A DNA stretch of 61,278 bases, counting the filler, from Callorhinchus milii (taxonomy: Eukaryota): the NCBI RefSeq assembly GCF_018977255.1. It is 2 parts of 2 records of this genome, joined end to end, with 100 filler letters (N's around TTAATTAATTAA, not from the genome) between each part and the next. Parts side by side here need not be neighbours in the genome. Positions count along the whole stretch, not along the records: positions 30,695 to 61,278 come from NW_024705632.1; 1 more part is not named here. The stretch is one strand, 5' to 3'. The position numbers were made by a program, and so were the translations under genes. This document shows, piece by piece, positions 37,266 through 49,629 of the stretch; positions within the stretch are counted from its first letter, which is position 1; every line of letters starts with the position of its first letter. The notes below the pieces were generated by a model. The model was not told the DNA's origin and did no database searches. It saw only the letters and a list, made by a program, of their open reading frames with translations.

Positions 37266-37939
37266 CTGCTATGTTTATCGCGTATTCTGAGGCACTTTGA
37301 GACATACTCACAAAGCGGTGTGAAATGTCAGGATTAATATCAATTCCATACCTTGTGGAGCTCAGCAGCTTCCTTAATGGGAATGACTGTGTGATCCTTG
37401 TGATCACGGGACATCGCACAGACCACACAGATCGCTCTTTGATCCATTTCACAAAACAGTTTCAGCTTCTCCTCATGCTCTTCACACTGGATTCCCACCT
37501 CTTCCAGCCTCGGATTCAGGCTCAGTCTCTGAACACTCTCCACCATGTTAGACAGAGTTCTGTTGGGCCGAACACTCCTCTGGGGAATCTGCTGCCTGTA
37601 CTGCGGACAGGACACACTTTCTTGCCCTGTGCCCCAACACTGTAAAATACAGTTCTGCAGAAGCTGTGGCCACAGTTTACAGTCACCGGATCCGTATAAA
37701 ACTCCAGACAGATTGAACAAGTGGCTTCATTTCTCAGGTTCTCCAGTTCCTGTACAGACGCCATTTCACCATCAGCTCTTTGCTCTGTTTGGGACTCTCC
37801 CCCAAACCAGGACGTGGCTTTGTGGGTGGGGATCACAGACCAACTGCTGTTTGAAGGGACAGACACCTGAAGACAAAAGGAACACAGATGTTTAGCACAT
37901 TCAGGCCATTCGTATGGTCACGTCTCAGAATGTTTAATA

Positions 37940-38420
37940 ATAATAATCCTTGCATTTTGATATAGCACTTTATCCTGTCTTCAAGATGTCTAGAAGCACT
38001 TCTTCTCTAATTTAATTTAATGATTACAACAGTGTAATAATCATAATAGTAATAACCTTTGCTTATTATTTTGTGCCTGATCATATCTTCGAGATGTCTC
38101 AAAGCGCTACACAGAATATCAAGTGAATTCACTATGTGTTTTGTTGGCGAAACGTGAAGACAATTGCACACAGCAGTGTCCCACAGGCAATCGTGGATTG
38201 ACTGACCAAATTTTATTTGTTTATGAAAAATACTGAAGGATTTTTAAAGGATTATTAGTCCCAGAAAAGTGATCTGTCCACTGACTAACAATCAGATTTC
38301 AACTTACTGCTCAGTAAACAGAGTCATGGGGTAAGGAAACTTGGCCAAAGTTTCGACCTCCTGGGAATCGAACCCAACTCCTCTGACAAGTGCTGCAAAC
38401 ATTACCCAAAAGGACCCCAC
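37940..38420 (-). mobile_element. Degenerate SINE with duplicated tail
   Basis: Reverse complement of the SINE tail, body and head (GGGAATCGAACCC). Confidence 0.75.
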
Positions 38421-38849
38421 AATAATACAATTCAACTTCATTTGATCAATCAACAGCCAATGAATAAAAGTACACAAAGCATTTAATAAACATCTGAAGC
38501 AAATAAAGTCGTGACTCCGAACAGAGAGATTGAGAAGCGATCAGTTTCTCTTCTCTGATGTTTCCACAGTCTAAGTCGCTGACTTTTGTTTCTTCGACTT
38601 CATTTCATTTCATAAATCAAACCGATATACACAAACTCTCTGTAGATTAGTCACTGCTTTATCTGCTGAATATTGTGTAAACACTATCTGGACTCGAATA
38701 CAAGAACATGTAGCAATTAAGCAATAGTTAAATATTGTTTAAACACAACAGAGGTTGTAATGGAGTCGGAAACCATGACCTTTCCCCGGGATAGTGTCCT
38801 CAGTGTCAGATCTTCTCAGACGCCCCAACAACAGCCGTCAGACGGAGAA

Positions 38850-39760
38850 GGCCACAGCCTCAGACACCGCTCACCTCAGGGCTGAGAAACAAGCAGCGGG
38901 GGACGGGGGACCAGACGGGGAGGCGCTGCCCACCAGTGCTCCATCTCTCTCTCTCTCTCTCTCTGCAAAACAGCTGCTCCCGGTCACCAGCAGCTCGAGA
39001 AGGTGCGGCCACAACGCCATTTCCCACCAGAAACAAACTGCAGACAAAAGGCAGGAAAACTGGGATTCAGTGACGGGGGGAGACGGCGTTACACACTCAC
39101 ACACACACACTCTCTGTCTCTCACTGACCCGATCCCCCATCAGCGCCGAGTTGTCCCGCCTCTCGGGGCCGCTCCCTCCCCGACTGCTCAACTCCTCGCC
39201 GCCGCCCCACGTCCGCGCTTCTCCTCCTCCTCCAACCGTCACTCTCTCCCCGCCCACTCGCTCCCCATTGGTCCTTTCACAACATCCGACAATTCGATCA
39301 GCATTTCTGATTCATCAGCGCTTCTGTCAATCAGATACTGAGCTGTCATTGCCCCGTTTCCACGTCAATCACCTCCCGCCCCCCACCGCCTCGCGCTCTC
39401 TGCCCAACCGTCACTCTCTCCCCGCCCTCTCGCTCGCCATTGGCCGCCACGAACACCCGCCTCTCAGTGGAGCTTCCGATTGCTCAGTCGAGTTGTCAAT
39501 CAGACACTGGCTGTCAGCGGTCCGTTTCCACGTCAGTCATCTCTCCTCTTACCCGCCTCGCGCTCTCTGTCCAACCGTCACTTGCCTCCCGCCCACTCGC
39601 TCGCCATTGGTCGAGTCCAACACCCGCCTCTAAACTCTCGTTCCATTGGTGCGCTGTGTTGTCAATGTGACTGATGGCGCCCTGATAGGCCTCGTGTCCA
39701 CGTCAATCATCTCCTCCTCCCCCCCGCCCCGCGCTCCCTGACCAACCGTCACTCTCTTGT
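38850..39760 (-). promoter_or_regulatory. CpG-rich putative promoter / non-coding first exon of the TRIM locus
   Basis: High GC/CpG; minus-strand donor CTGAG|GTGAGC near 38875; repeated CCAAT, GC-box and TGACGTGG motifs. Confidence 0.6.
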
Positions 39761-39796
39761 CTCCTGTTCCTCCCTTTTCTGAAGTGTCTGAAGAGA

Positions 39797-40880
39797 ACAA
39801 CAACAACAAGATTCCATTTATAAAGCGCCTTTCACGTCAGGAGGACGTCACAAGGCGCTGCACAGTTGGGTCATGACCCGAGCATGGGGAATGGTCAGGG
39901 TGAGGGGAGGGAAGGGAGGGAGCGAGGAGGGGGGAAATGGTCAGGGTGAGGGAAGGGAGGGAGCGAGGAGGGGGAAATGGTCAGGGTGAGGGGAGGGAAG
40001 GGAGGGAGCGAGGAGGGGGAAGAGAGTCGAGAGGGGAGCTGAAGGCACGGTCAAAGAGAAAGCTCTTGAGACCGGCCTTGAAGGAGGAAAGGGAGGAAGC
40101 GGCGAAGGCACTGGGGGATGGAGTTCCAGAGCCTCGGGGCTGAGAGGCTGAAGGCCCGACCACCGATGGTAGGGCGGTTGGGGCGGGGGACGTGGAGCAG
40201 ACCGGAGCCAGAGGAACGGAGGGTACGGGCAGGTAGGTAGGGGGATAGTAGGTCAGAGAGGTAGGAGGGAGCGAGGCCGTGGATGGCCTTAAAGGTGAGG
40301 ATGAGGATCTTGAAATCAATCCTCTGGGGGATGGGGAGCCAGTGGAGGCGAGCGAGGGTGGGAGTGATGTGGTCGCGGTGTCTGGTGCGGGACAGTACAC
40401 GAGCTGCAGAGTTCTGAATGACCTGCAGCCTGTGGAGGGAGGTGGCGGGAACGCCGGCGAGGAGAGAGTTCCCATAGTCCAGCCTTGAGGTGACAAAGGC
40501 GTGGACCAGGGTTTCAGCAGCGTGAGGGGTGAGGTAGTGCCGTAGTCTGGCGATGTTCCGGAGGTGATGGAAGGCGGTACCAGTTGTGGTGCGGATGTGA
40601 GGGAGAAAGGACAGCTCAGGGTCGAACAAAACGCCGAGGTTCCTGACTGGCTTTGAGAGGTGGAGAGTGCAGCCTTGGATGCTGATGGTGTCAGCGCCTG
40701 AGGTGCGGAGGCGCTGACGTGAGCCAATCAGGAGGGCCTCAGTTTTCCGCACGTTGAGCTGAAGAAAGTTGTCACTTGTCCAGGACTCGATGTCGGACAG
40801 GCAGCTGTCAGGACATCGGTGGTCGTGGAGTTGAGAGTAGAGGAGGAAAGGTAGAGTTGGGTGTCATCTGCATACATGTG
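39797..40880 (-). mobile_element. Young L2 LINE 3' portion
   Basis: Open 233 aa RT C-terminal frame ([23 protein letters not shown]), YADDTQLY, (GTT)n tail; triplicated ~41 bp segment in the 3' UTR. Confidence 0.93.
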
Positions 40881-41039
40881 GATGAAGAACTGATCTCCAG
40901 TGGTTACGGGGAAAGACTGGTCAATAAGGGCTGAAGAGCTGTGACTGTCCGGGACGCGGCGATCACCATCGCACACACAGACAAGACTCGTTTCCCTTCA
41001 TAACAGCCCGCAGAGAGCGCGTGTCTGAGCCCCACAGAC

Positions 41040-41400
41040 CCAACAACAACAACAACAAGAACAAAATGACACTGATATCGAGCGCCTTTCACGGCGGGAG
41101 CACATCCCGAGGCGCTGCACAGGCGGTCGGTCAGGAAGCCAGTGGTTCTGGTGTTGAGGGTGGGGGCAGAGAGGCGGAGTTGGGTGTCAACCGCGTACAG
41201 GTGGGAGTTTACCCCGTGTCTGCGGATGGCGTCAACAAGGGGGGCGCATGCGGAGTGTGAAGAGGAGGCGACCGAGGACGGAGCTCCAAGGAACGCCGCA
41301 CGAGGCGTACGTGCGCGGGGGTGGGAGGGGACGCCGTTTGCTGCGACCAAGTGGAGGCGGTGTGGAAGGCGGGACCTGAACCGGTCAAGGACAGAATGTT
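41040..41400 (-). mobile_element. Internally deleted L2 fragment
   Basis: IRRHGVNSHLYAVDTQLRLS joined directly to an L2 tail and (GTT)n. Confidence 0.75.
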
Positions 41401-41443
41401 GACACACGAGGCAGTGATGGCGTCTGAGCCGCAGGTATTCACT

Positions 41444-42330
41444 TCAGGATTGAATCAGTTTCAGCGTTGGATTGAAAACACGCGCCGCCATATTCCTCTC
41501 CTCTTGGCTGAATTCTCTCTGGGTCACAGCATAAATGCACGAGTTTGTGGCACTGCTTGAAAGCGGAAGCAATCATGGGGACTGATACAGCGCATAGAGA
41601 TCGGGGGTCTGTCACGTGTGTAAGTATAGTCTGCGACTTTCCCATATATCACAATTATAACACAAGTCATCCAAAGTAACATGAAACTTCTCACTATAGT
41701 GAACAACAAAACAATACATTTTTTCCTGTTCTCCGTCTCCGCGTCATTGTTGTTCACATGTTTGTTTTATCTGAGAAGACGTCTGCGGATTCTGTTGGCC
41801 ACCATAATGTGTCTGATGGTTAGTACATTGAAGACCAAAATAAGCAAGTATGGAATGAATGGGGCTAGAATGACATCTACCCAATTAAGTGCTGCCCAAG
41901 CAGATGAAGTGTTGAAGGTTTCTTTTAGTTTACAGAACAGCGGAACATTGTTTGTAATGAAAAAAGATTCATACACAAAGAACCAGGGGATGTCGCTCAG
42001 ACCGCTCAGTACACACACAATACCTATAACCAAGGCTGCCGTTCTCTGGGTGCAATATTGTCTTTTCAGTTTCTCACTGGAATATATCACACAGCAGTCA
42101 AATGTGAAAGCGACTGTTAACCAGACAGAGCTGTCAGAAGCTGTGGCAGTCTGAAAGGTCCCGAAAGCACATACAGCAGTCAAATCCAGAAACCCAACAA
42201 GAAAAGACAGATAATTAATCCGTGTTAATATCACATCACTGATAACCACCAGCAGATCCGCCATTGCCATAGCAATCAGGTAACGAGTGACACAGGTAGA
42301 GAGACCAGGATCACAATCGACAGTAAGTTA
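41444..42330 (-). pseudogene. GPR139/GPR142-like class A GPCR pseudogene (main exon)
   Basis: cag|..NLLSIVIL, MAMADLLV, SVWLTVAFTFD, PFIPYLLILVFNVLTIRHI, CIYAVTQ; deletion near the start, stop after RRRLLR, DRY changed to DCC. Confidence 0.9.
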
Positions 42331-43254
42331 CCTGTAGGATGATAATTATTAGTCAGACTCCACATTATTTCTGGCACATACTTATGCTGAAATGTATTTA
42401 AACTAGATTGAGAATTCTGCATGTCCATGTCCCATGGAATACATACTCTCTTCCTACAGTAACACACCTCAGTATCAGACACAGTTTGCTGAACAAAAGA
42501 TTGGGTAACAATTACTGGAGCTTAACCAACTACAACTGCACAGTTTGTCAATTGAGTGCATTGCCTGTATGATGTCTATGTTTGTCCAGCTGGTACTGTT
42601 CGTGTCTGAGCTTTGGCTTTGCCGTAAATGGCCCGAGTGGGAAGTCTGCCTGATCCTTCCTAATATGCTGGTAATGATTGAGGTCTGTATTACTGCAGAC
42701 CCATGTGGATCAGGATTCGAACGAGAGGGTTTGAACAGTGCCACACGGTGTTGACCCCATTCCGTCAATCTGTTGCCAATCACATGCTCTTGGGGCCAGT
42801 TCAAGGAAAGCCCGCTTTACCTTCCCCCAAAGCACAATTAGCAAAGTGGTCATTTGACATCCAACAAGTCCACGGCCGAGCGCTAAGTAGGTGGGTGGCA
42901 ATCACAAGGAACACCCTGTGAGCGACCTGATGGATAGCACAACTCAACGGGAAACACATGAGAGCTTTGGTACCATTTTCCTCCCCACATCTCAAACACA
43001 CACATTGAATCATGGTGCCACCATTCGGTAGTGCGGAGCTTGAGCATCAGCTGCTTACCTTGAATGTAAGTATTTAAAGGACTGCAGAGCTAAGTTTAAA
43101 TAACTAGCCTTTCCTCAAACCTCTTGTATATTCAAGCAATTACAAATACATGAGTGGGTTTACACCAATATAATGGAATAGGTGAGGCAGAAACATTGGG
43201 GGTAAACTATGCGATGTTGATTGACATCTTTTGTTGTGATAATCACATCAACGT

Positions 43255-43410
43255 GGCCCAGTTGGTTCCACTCTTGCCTCTCAGTTCTGAGGTGGTGAGT
43301 TGAAGCCCACGCAAGGCTTTCAACACGTTGATCAGACTGAAACTCCAGTGCGTTGGTTGGTGAGCACTGCATTGTCAGAAAGTTTGTCGTTCAGGTGAGG
43401 TGGTAAATTG
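43255..43410 (+). mobile_element. Ancient DeuSINE-like fragment (tRNA head and Deu domain)
   Basis: CTCCAGTGCG..GAGCACTGCATTGTCAGA..GTCGTTCAGGTGAG resembles the recalled AmnSINE1/SacSINE1 core. Confidence 0.55.
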
Positions 43411-43859
43411 TCCTGCAGTTTGTGCTCTTTAACATTTTATTGCACATGATACGCACCTTCTAAATTAAGTTACAATCAAACTGAAGTTAATAAATCAGAC
43501 TTGCTAAATTGTCATTAGTATAAGGGAGCATTAAAATCTGATTAAAAGATCAACAATCTATTTGATGGCTTACCAAGCCCACCAATGATGGCAAGAATAG
43601 GATAGAAAATGTACATAATCTGGAAAATGATTTCTGTCTAATACACCTTTTCTGAGAAGCTGTGACATTTCTTCACTGTCACGGACGTGATGTGGACAGG
43701 CACTGATGCATCGAGTGAAGCCTCATTTATACAGTTTAGTGTCATCAGCAAATGTAACTATCTTGCACTGCGCTCTGTCATTGCAAATCATTAATATGTA
43801 CAAGTAATGAAAGGTTCTTAGTATAACTCAACTTAATACCTTTCCCGATTTCTACCAGC

Positions 43860-44480
43860 TCACATTAAAAAGACACTTGGCATCATATTTTTGAGACAAT
43901 TCTGAATCCATGTCCATATCTTACCCTGACCACAGTTTGTAAAGAATTCTTTCATGAATTAGTTTGTCAAAAGCCTTTTCGAAGTCAAATCATATTCCAT
44001 CATATTGCTTCCCACTGTCAGAAGAGGCTGTCACCTCCTCAGAATCTGTAAGATTCATCAGAACAGACCCACCCTTTCAGAACCCATGATCGTTTATCAG
44101 AATATTTTTACCCCGGTAATCTTCCACTTCCTTACTGATGATTTACTCCATATTAGCTCCAATTTTTGAGTCAGATTAATGGGTCTATAGTTGCCATATT
44201 TAGCCATGTCACGTTTCTCAAATATGAGATTGCAACAACATAAGGAATGGTCGACCAAAAAAAGACTCATTTCCATCTAGTTTGCCTGCTACTTTACTGC
44301 TGGTTGAATACAGTTATGTCCCGAACTACCTATGCACCATATCCCATAATCTTAATGACTGAAAAGAAATCTATCTAAGCTGTATGTAAAGGAATCAACA
44401 ATTCCAGCTTCAAACGTCTCCCTTGCGTGCCTGATCCACAGGTTTACTATTTGCTCACTGAAATAGTGTTTCCGAAGTTC
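43860..44480 (-). mobile_element. Old CR1 RT fragments
   Basis: Minus strand reads GNYRPINLT and YDLTSKRLLTN (DFEKAFDK in the adjacent frame). Confidence 0.65.
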
Positions 44481-44557
44481 GATCTGAAACTGGAAGTAAA
44501 ATATTTGCTGCGTCTCGTCTGGTGACTTTTGGAAACCAGATTAGCTCTCTAATAGTC

Positions 44558-44792
44558 AAAATGCAAAATACTACAGCTGCTGGAAATCTGAAACAAAAAC
44601 AGAAGTCCGTGGGAACACTCAGGAGATCAGGCAGCATCTCTGGATAAAAGAAATTTAGTCAATGTTTCGGGTCCATGAGCTGAAATGTTCTGATGAAGGG
44701 ACGTGGACTCCGAAACACGCTACTTTCTCCATAGATGCAGGGCAAGGTTCCTGACCTGCTGAGTGTTACCAGTCATTTTTGTTTTGTTTTTT
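44558..44792. mobile_element. Palindromic Penelope-like / MITE-like repeat
   Basis: Arms AAACAAAAACAGA..ACACTCAG..TCAGG and CCTGACCTGCTGAGTGT..TTTTGTTTTG are inverted; related copies at 52980-53190 and 58610-58760. Confidence 0.65.
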
Positions 44793-45299
44793 GTCACCCC
44801 GATAATGTTTACCAGTGCTGCACAGATATCCAGCTATATCTCCCGAGGTACTTTGGGGTACAATTCAGTTGACCAGGGGATTTGTTGATTTTCCGGTCAA
44901 TGACTCTATCCAAAATCGGCTGCTGAATTCCTGCAGCTCAAACAATGTTTCCTGGACGTTGGGAGGCTTAAAGGATGAGCTATAGTCTCTGTAGAAATCC
45001 CTAATTGCTGTATAGAGTGTCTGTTCTATTTCAAGCTACACAAAGACTAGCAGCAATGAAAACTACAATAACTTACATTTATACGTTGCCCTTCAGAAGG
45101 ATATTTCATAGCGCTATTAGTCTAGAATGTAATATATGAATGTTTTCATTGTTTGTAGAGCGAAACAACATAAGACTGATCTGGCTCATTTGTATAATCG
45201 CCTAAGATGTACATCTATCCATTTCCTGTTGAATTTCCTTTTAACTTCACTTAAATGTATCTGCACTAATCGTATTAATATTCCATAATTCATGACACC

Positions 45300-45818
45300 G
45301 CTGCACACTTCCCACTACCACACTTACTACTACTCACTTGCCACTGTCTCACTTGCCACTACATCACTTGCCAATCGCACTTCTCTCGACCGCACTTGCG
45401 ACAAACACACTTGCCAATATCACACTTGCCACTACCAAACGTGTCACTAACGTACTTGCCACTACCACACTTGCGACAAACACACTTGCCAATACCACAC
45501 TTTGCCACTAACACACTTGCCACTACCACACTTGCCACTACCACACTTGCCACGACTGCACTTGCCTCTACCACACTTGCCACAACTATCCTTGTCACTA
45601 CCACACTTGCCATTACCACACTTGACACTGCCACACTTGCCAATGCTACACTTGCCTCTACCACACTTGCCACAACTATCCTTGTGACTACCACACTTGC
45701 CAATACCACACTTGCCACTGCCACACTTGCCACTACCAAACGTGTCACTAACGACCAAACTTGCCATTGCCGCACCTGCTAATCCCGCACTTGCCCAAAC
45801 TACATTTGCCACTACCAT
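45300..45818. repeat. 15 bp minisatellite (CCACTACCACACTTG)n
   Basis: More than 30 diverged copies; gives TTTLA / KCGSG pseudo-ORFs. Confidence 0.95.
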
Positions 45819-45819
45819 G

Positions 45820-47055
45820 GACGATAGATAAGGAGAATTTTGAGGGGAATGTTGGATAATATGTAAGGCACTCAAAGCAGGGCAAGGTTCCAGAGGATAG
45901 CCGAGCGGGTACCGGGCGATTATTGGCATGCTGGCACCTTGATGGTTATGTTGTGGTGCAAGATGGAAGGCGTGGTCAGGTGTTGTGGCCTCTAGCAGGA
46001 GGCAGTTGACCCCTGGAGTAATCCAGGTTTCAAGGAGGGAGAAAATATGGATGTTTTCTTCGACAATGAGGTCTTGGATGATAAGCGTTTTATTGTAGAG
46101 GGATTGGACTCCTTGTAGGCCAGGTCAGAAGGCACAGTTGGTGGCTAAATGTGAGGGACGTGGAGGGATGGTGAGAGGACTGACAGGGAGGGTGGGAATT
46201 TTGGTCAGGGTGGAGAGATTGGCCCCTGTGGTCAGAGACCAAAGAACCTTGCAGTGGGAATGGGGAATATGGCAGTCAGAATGGCTACTGATGGACAGCC
46301 AGCAGCATCTGCCATGGTGTGCCGGACAGTGTGCCAGGCTGGAGCAGAGGGAGGCCGTGGGACAGACGAACACATATAGGAGTCGGGGATGGCGGTGGGA
46401 TTGGAGTCCAAGAGGGAGTAATGGAGTGTAGAGCACTGGAGTGGCAAGAACGTCACTTGCCCTCACAGACTCTGTTTTTCTAAGCCACCATTCTTGATGC
46501 ACATGATCTGCTTAGATGTATTACGGCACCAATAAGGTGATACGCCATATTGACACGTGAGCTCCTGGGCTCAGAATGAAATATACAATGCAAAATTACA
46601 TTTGTATAGCGCCTTTCACATCCAGAGGATGTCCCAAGTCGCTGGAAAGTCATGGGATTGGACAGAAACTGGGGGTTGGGATCAGAGCAGTTCGAGGCGG
46701 GGAGGGTCGGAGGGTGGCCGAAGGCACTGTCGAAAATCAGGGTTTTGTTGTGCACATGGTGGGGTTTGATGGTGTGGTGGGCAAGATCGTGGAGGGTCTT
46801 GAAGGCGAGGTCGATGATTTCCAACACTATTATCTGGTGGATGGGGAGCCAGTGGAGCCAGGGACAGTGTGGTTAATGGTATCACAGAGTCTGCTGCTGA
46901 AGAGGATACGAGTTGCACAGTTCCATATTATCAGCAGCTTGTGGAAGAAAGATTTGGGGAGGTCACCAATCAGGGAGTTGGCGTAGTCGAGTCTTGATGT
47001 AACGAATGCATAGATGAGGGATTCAGTGAGCTGTTGGGTGAGGCGGAAATGGAGC
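45820..47055 (-). mobile_element. Degenerate L2 pieces (APE-domain fragment and RT 3' end)
   Basis: ETW-containing endonuclease remnant ~45900-46120; IHAFVTSRLDY and L2 tail ~46590-47050. Confidence 0.7.
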
Positions 47056-47074
47056 CTCGATTTATGTTCAAGCT

Positions 47075-47360
47075 TTTCTTTCTGTGCGAAATTTTTATTT
47101 CAGATTTTGGCAACTAATGGCCACATATTGAGGAAAGGTGAAAGTCATGCTTAAGCAGACAGAAATTGTGGATGCAGCAGAAGCCAGGACCAATCGTGGT
47201 CGATTCACAGAAATAATGGACATGAACGAATTTGGGAAATAATCATAAATAATGCAACAGATAATCAACCACTGACGTGGCCACCAGAGAGCGAGAGAGA
47301 CATTTGGAGAGACCGCACCAAACTCGAGACATTGTTACAATCGCCACTAGTTCAGATGTA
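47075..47360 (-). pseudogene. GPR139-like fragment (TM1-TM3), truncated
   Basis: GACATTTGGAGAGACCGCAC and GACAGAAATTG are shared with the 60559 paralog (CGLSKC, ISV-L, CQNLK). Confidence 0.75.
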
Positions 47361-49629
47361 GAGCAAGAAAGAGACAGAGAATTAACCAATCATAATGATC
47401 TGCTCCTTGAGTTGTTTTAATGCCAATCAAGCGAGAACTGTGATCTTTTTGCTGGCACATTTTCCACTCCTATCCAAAATCTTAATCTTGTTGATTCGGA
47501 ATGAGCAGGGCACCGACGTTTCCTATTATCGCTATCAGGTGTCAGTTGACACTCATAGCGCCTGATGTGAGCAGACACTGCCTGGAAGAAAGGAGGAGTG
47601 TTTCTAACATCCCAACTTTCAGCTGGTGCAAGTTGGCTCTGGTACAGGGCCTGATGTCCGACAGACAATTTGCCAGAATATCAATGGTCCTGGAGTCGAG
47701 GGTCGAGGCGGCCAAATAGACTTTGTGTCATCCACAGAGATGTAGAAATTGACTCAGTGCCTGCGATTGACATCATTGAGCGGGAGATGCACATACAGAT
47801 ACAGACAACGATAGAGAGACATACAAGGCATAGATAGAGAATGATACACAGGCAGCTCGGAGAAAGATACAGACAGACAGAAACATACACAAAGCCAAAG
47901 AGAGAGACACATGCGCGGACAAAGAGAGGGATAGAAGACAGCAAGAAAGAGAGAGGGGGAGTCCAACACTTCACTGAAGTGAATTGGAGCTTCAAACCTT
48001 AAACGTCTGATTCAAACGTGAGAGTGCTCTTACTGAGCAAGCCTGAAACCTTTATGTATTGAGTCTGAAACTGCATTTTATATCACAATGTATGGAATGG
48101 AGGGAAATCATACTGTATGTTTCGCCCCAAAACTGCACATTCATTTCACTTTACAATATATTGTGTGAAGCGCTTTAAGACATCTGAAATATATGATAAG
48201 TTGCTACATCAAATATATGTATTATAATGGGTGTTATTCTCTGTGCAATAATTTCATGATTAGCTGATTAATATCCAACTGTACCTTAGTGCTTGCATTG
48301 GGGTCCCAAAGCGTTGGTCATTGATGTACTGCACCGAAAATTCTTCAAAATTAGTTAAAGCTGAGAATGGACCTTTATTACAAACAAGGGTTGATTTCCA
48401 TTTGCAAAGGCTACAAAAATGGATCTCTCATTATGGTTTGGATATTTTATCAAGAATTAGAATTTGTATAGTGCCCTTCATGCAGGATAGCCTTTCCGGT
48501 GGTGAAGTCATGGCGATGATTTTTCCGCATGGATGAGACAACAAGCAACAATTTAGTTATAAATAAATAACTGAGTTACGTCGCACGGCTCAGGAGAGTT
48601 CACGTTTTCCACATCACTGAAACTCAGCTGTGTTCGTGCAGTAAATCTGCTCAATGAAGTGTTCACGTTGGTATAAATCCCACTGTGTGTTTTGCCAATG
48701 AATATCATCTTGTTAGTGTGAGCTCCTGTGTGTACCGTGAGGAGGTGTTATCAGTTCTCTGTGAGGATGGCAACTGCGCTGCTGCACAGGATACAACAAA
48801 TTTACTATCCGATTCTCCCCGCATTTGGAGTTCCTGGCAAGTGATTTAACCAATACATTAGTGAGATGAGTGGGCAGTAAAGTAAAGCTTGTTGCCTGAT
48901 TTCGCTCGTAGCACTTTCCCCTCTCAATCAGAAAGGGATGGATCCCAGACACATGTCGGGATATTGACCCTTGTTGGAGGAGCCGCGATTTGAATTAGAA
49001 CTTAATAAGAAAACTCCGACTTTCCTCTTTAGATATTAAAAGATGCCTGGCACAATTCGAAAATAAATGAAATTTCATGTGGTGTGTGGGGCAGCAATCT
49101 CCGAGATAAACTTGAAAGATCATTTCATGGCTGTTTGTGCACAGTTCAGCTGCCGCCTTTGGCCACAATTACAGTCATTGCCATGAAATCTAGTCAAATG
49201 CTTTGAGATGTTTGGATGACGCCGGGTGGCATTGTATGATATGTTGGTCAGTCTATATACTGCTATAAATATATATATTAATGCACTCAGTGGTTAGAGC
49301 ACCATCAATTTACAGGATGTTTTGTGAACCATTTTGAGACGTCACAACAACATGTTAAGGTATTGAATCGAATGCAAGAATTTCTAATTATTATTAATAA
49401 CAATAACTTTATTATTGGTGAGGGCCGAATGCGAGTCACGTCAGCAATATTTTTGTGTTTGACTTTCAGAAAAATAACCTCTAAGTATTACACAGAAATC
49501 CCGTGTTTCAAATTGTGTAATTATTTTACTGAATCACACCGAATTTGATTTACAATTCAAAGTTTCGACAGGAAATGTAATAATTCATCCAAATTTTCAA
49601 AGACCCACTCCTTCTACAACGATTAGAAG

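Larger units (their letters stand above)
33688..37764 (-). pseudogene. TRIM (RING-B-box-coiled coil-PRY/SPRY; TRIM39/TRIM27-like) pseudogene
   Basis: Exons 37764-37352 (RING and B-box; 1-nt deletion near 37655, CPQC reads CPQY), 36457-36366 (92 nt, frameshifted), 35910-35680 (231 nt), 35203-35181 (23 nt), 34607-34492 (116 nt, acceptor CG), 34192-~33688 ([31 protein letters not shown] with frameshifts and stops). Confidence 0.93.

Noticed and set aside
38794..39633. 279 aa ORF
   Set aside because: GC-rich repeat-built region with no recognisable domain, antisense to the TRIM locus
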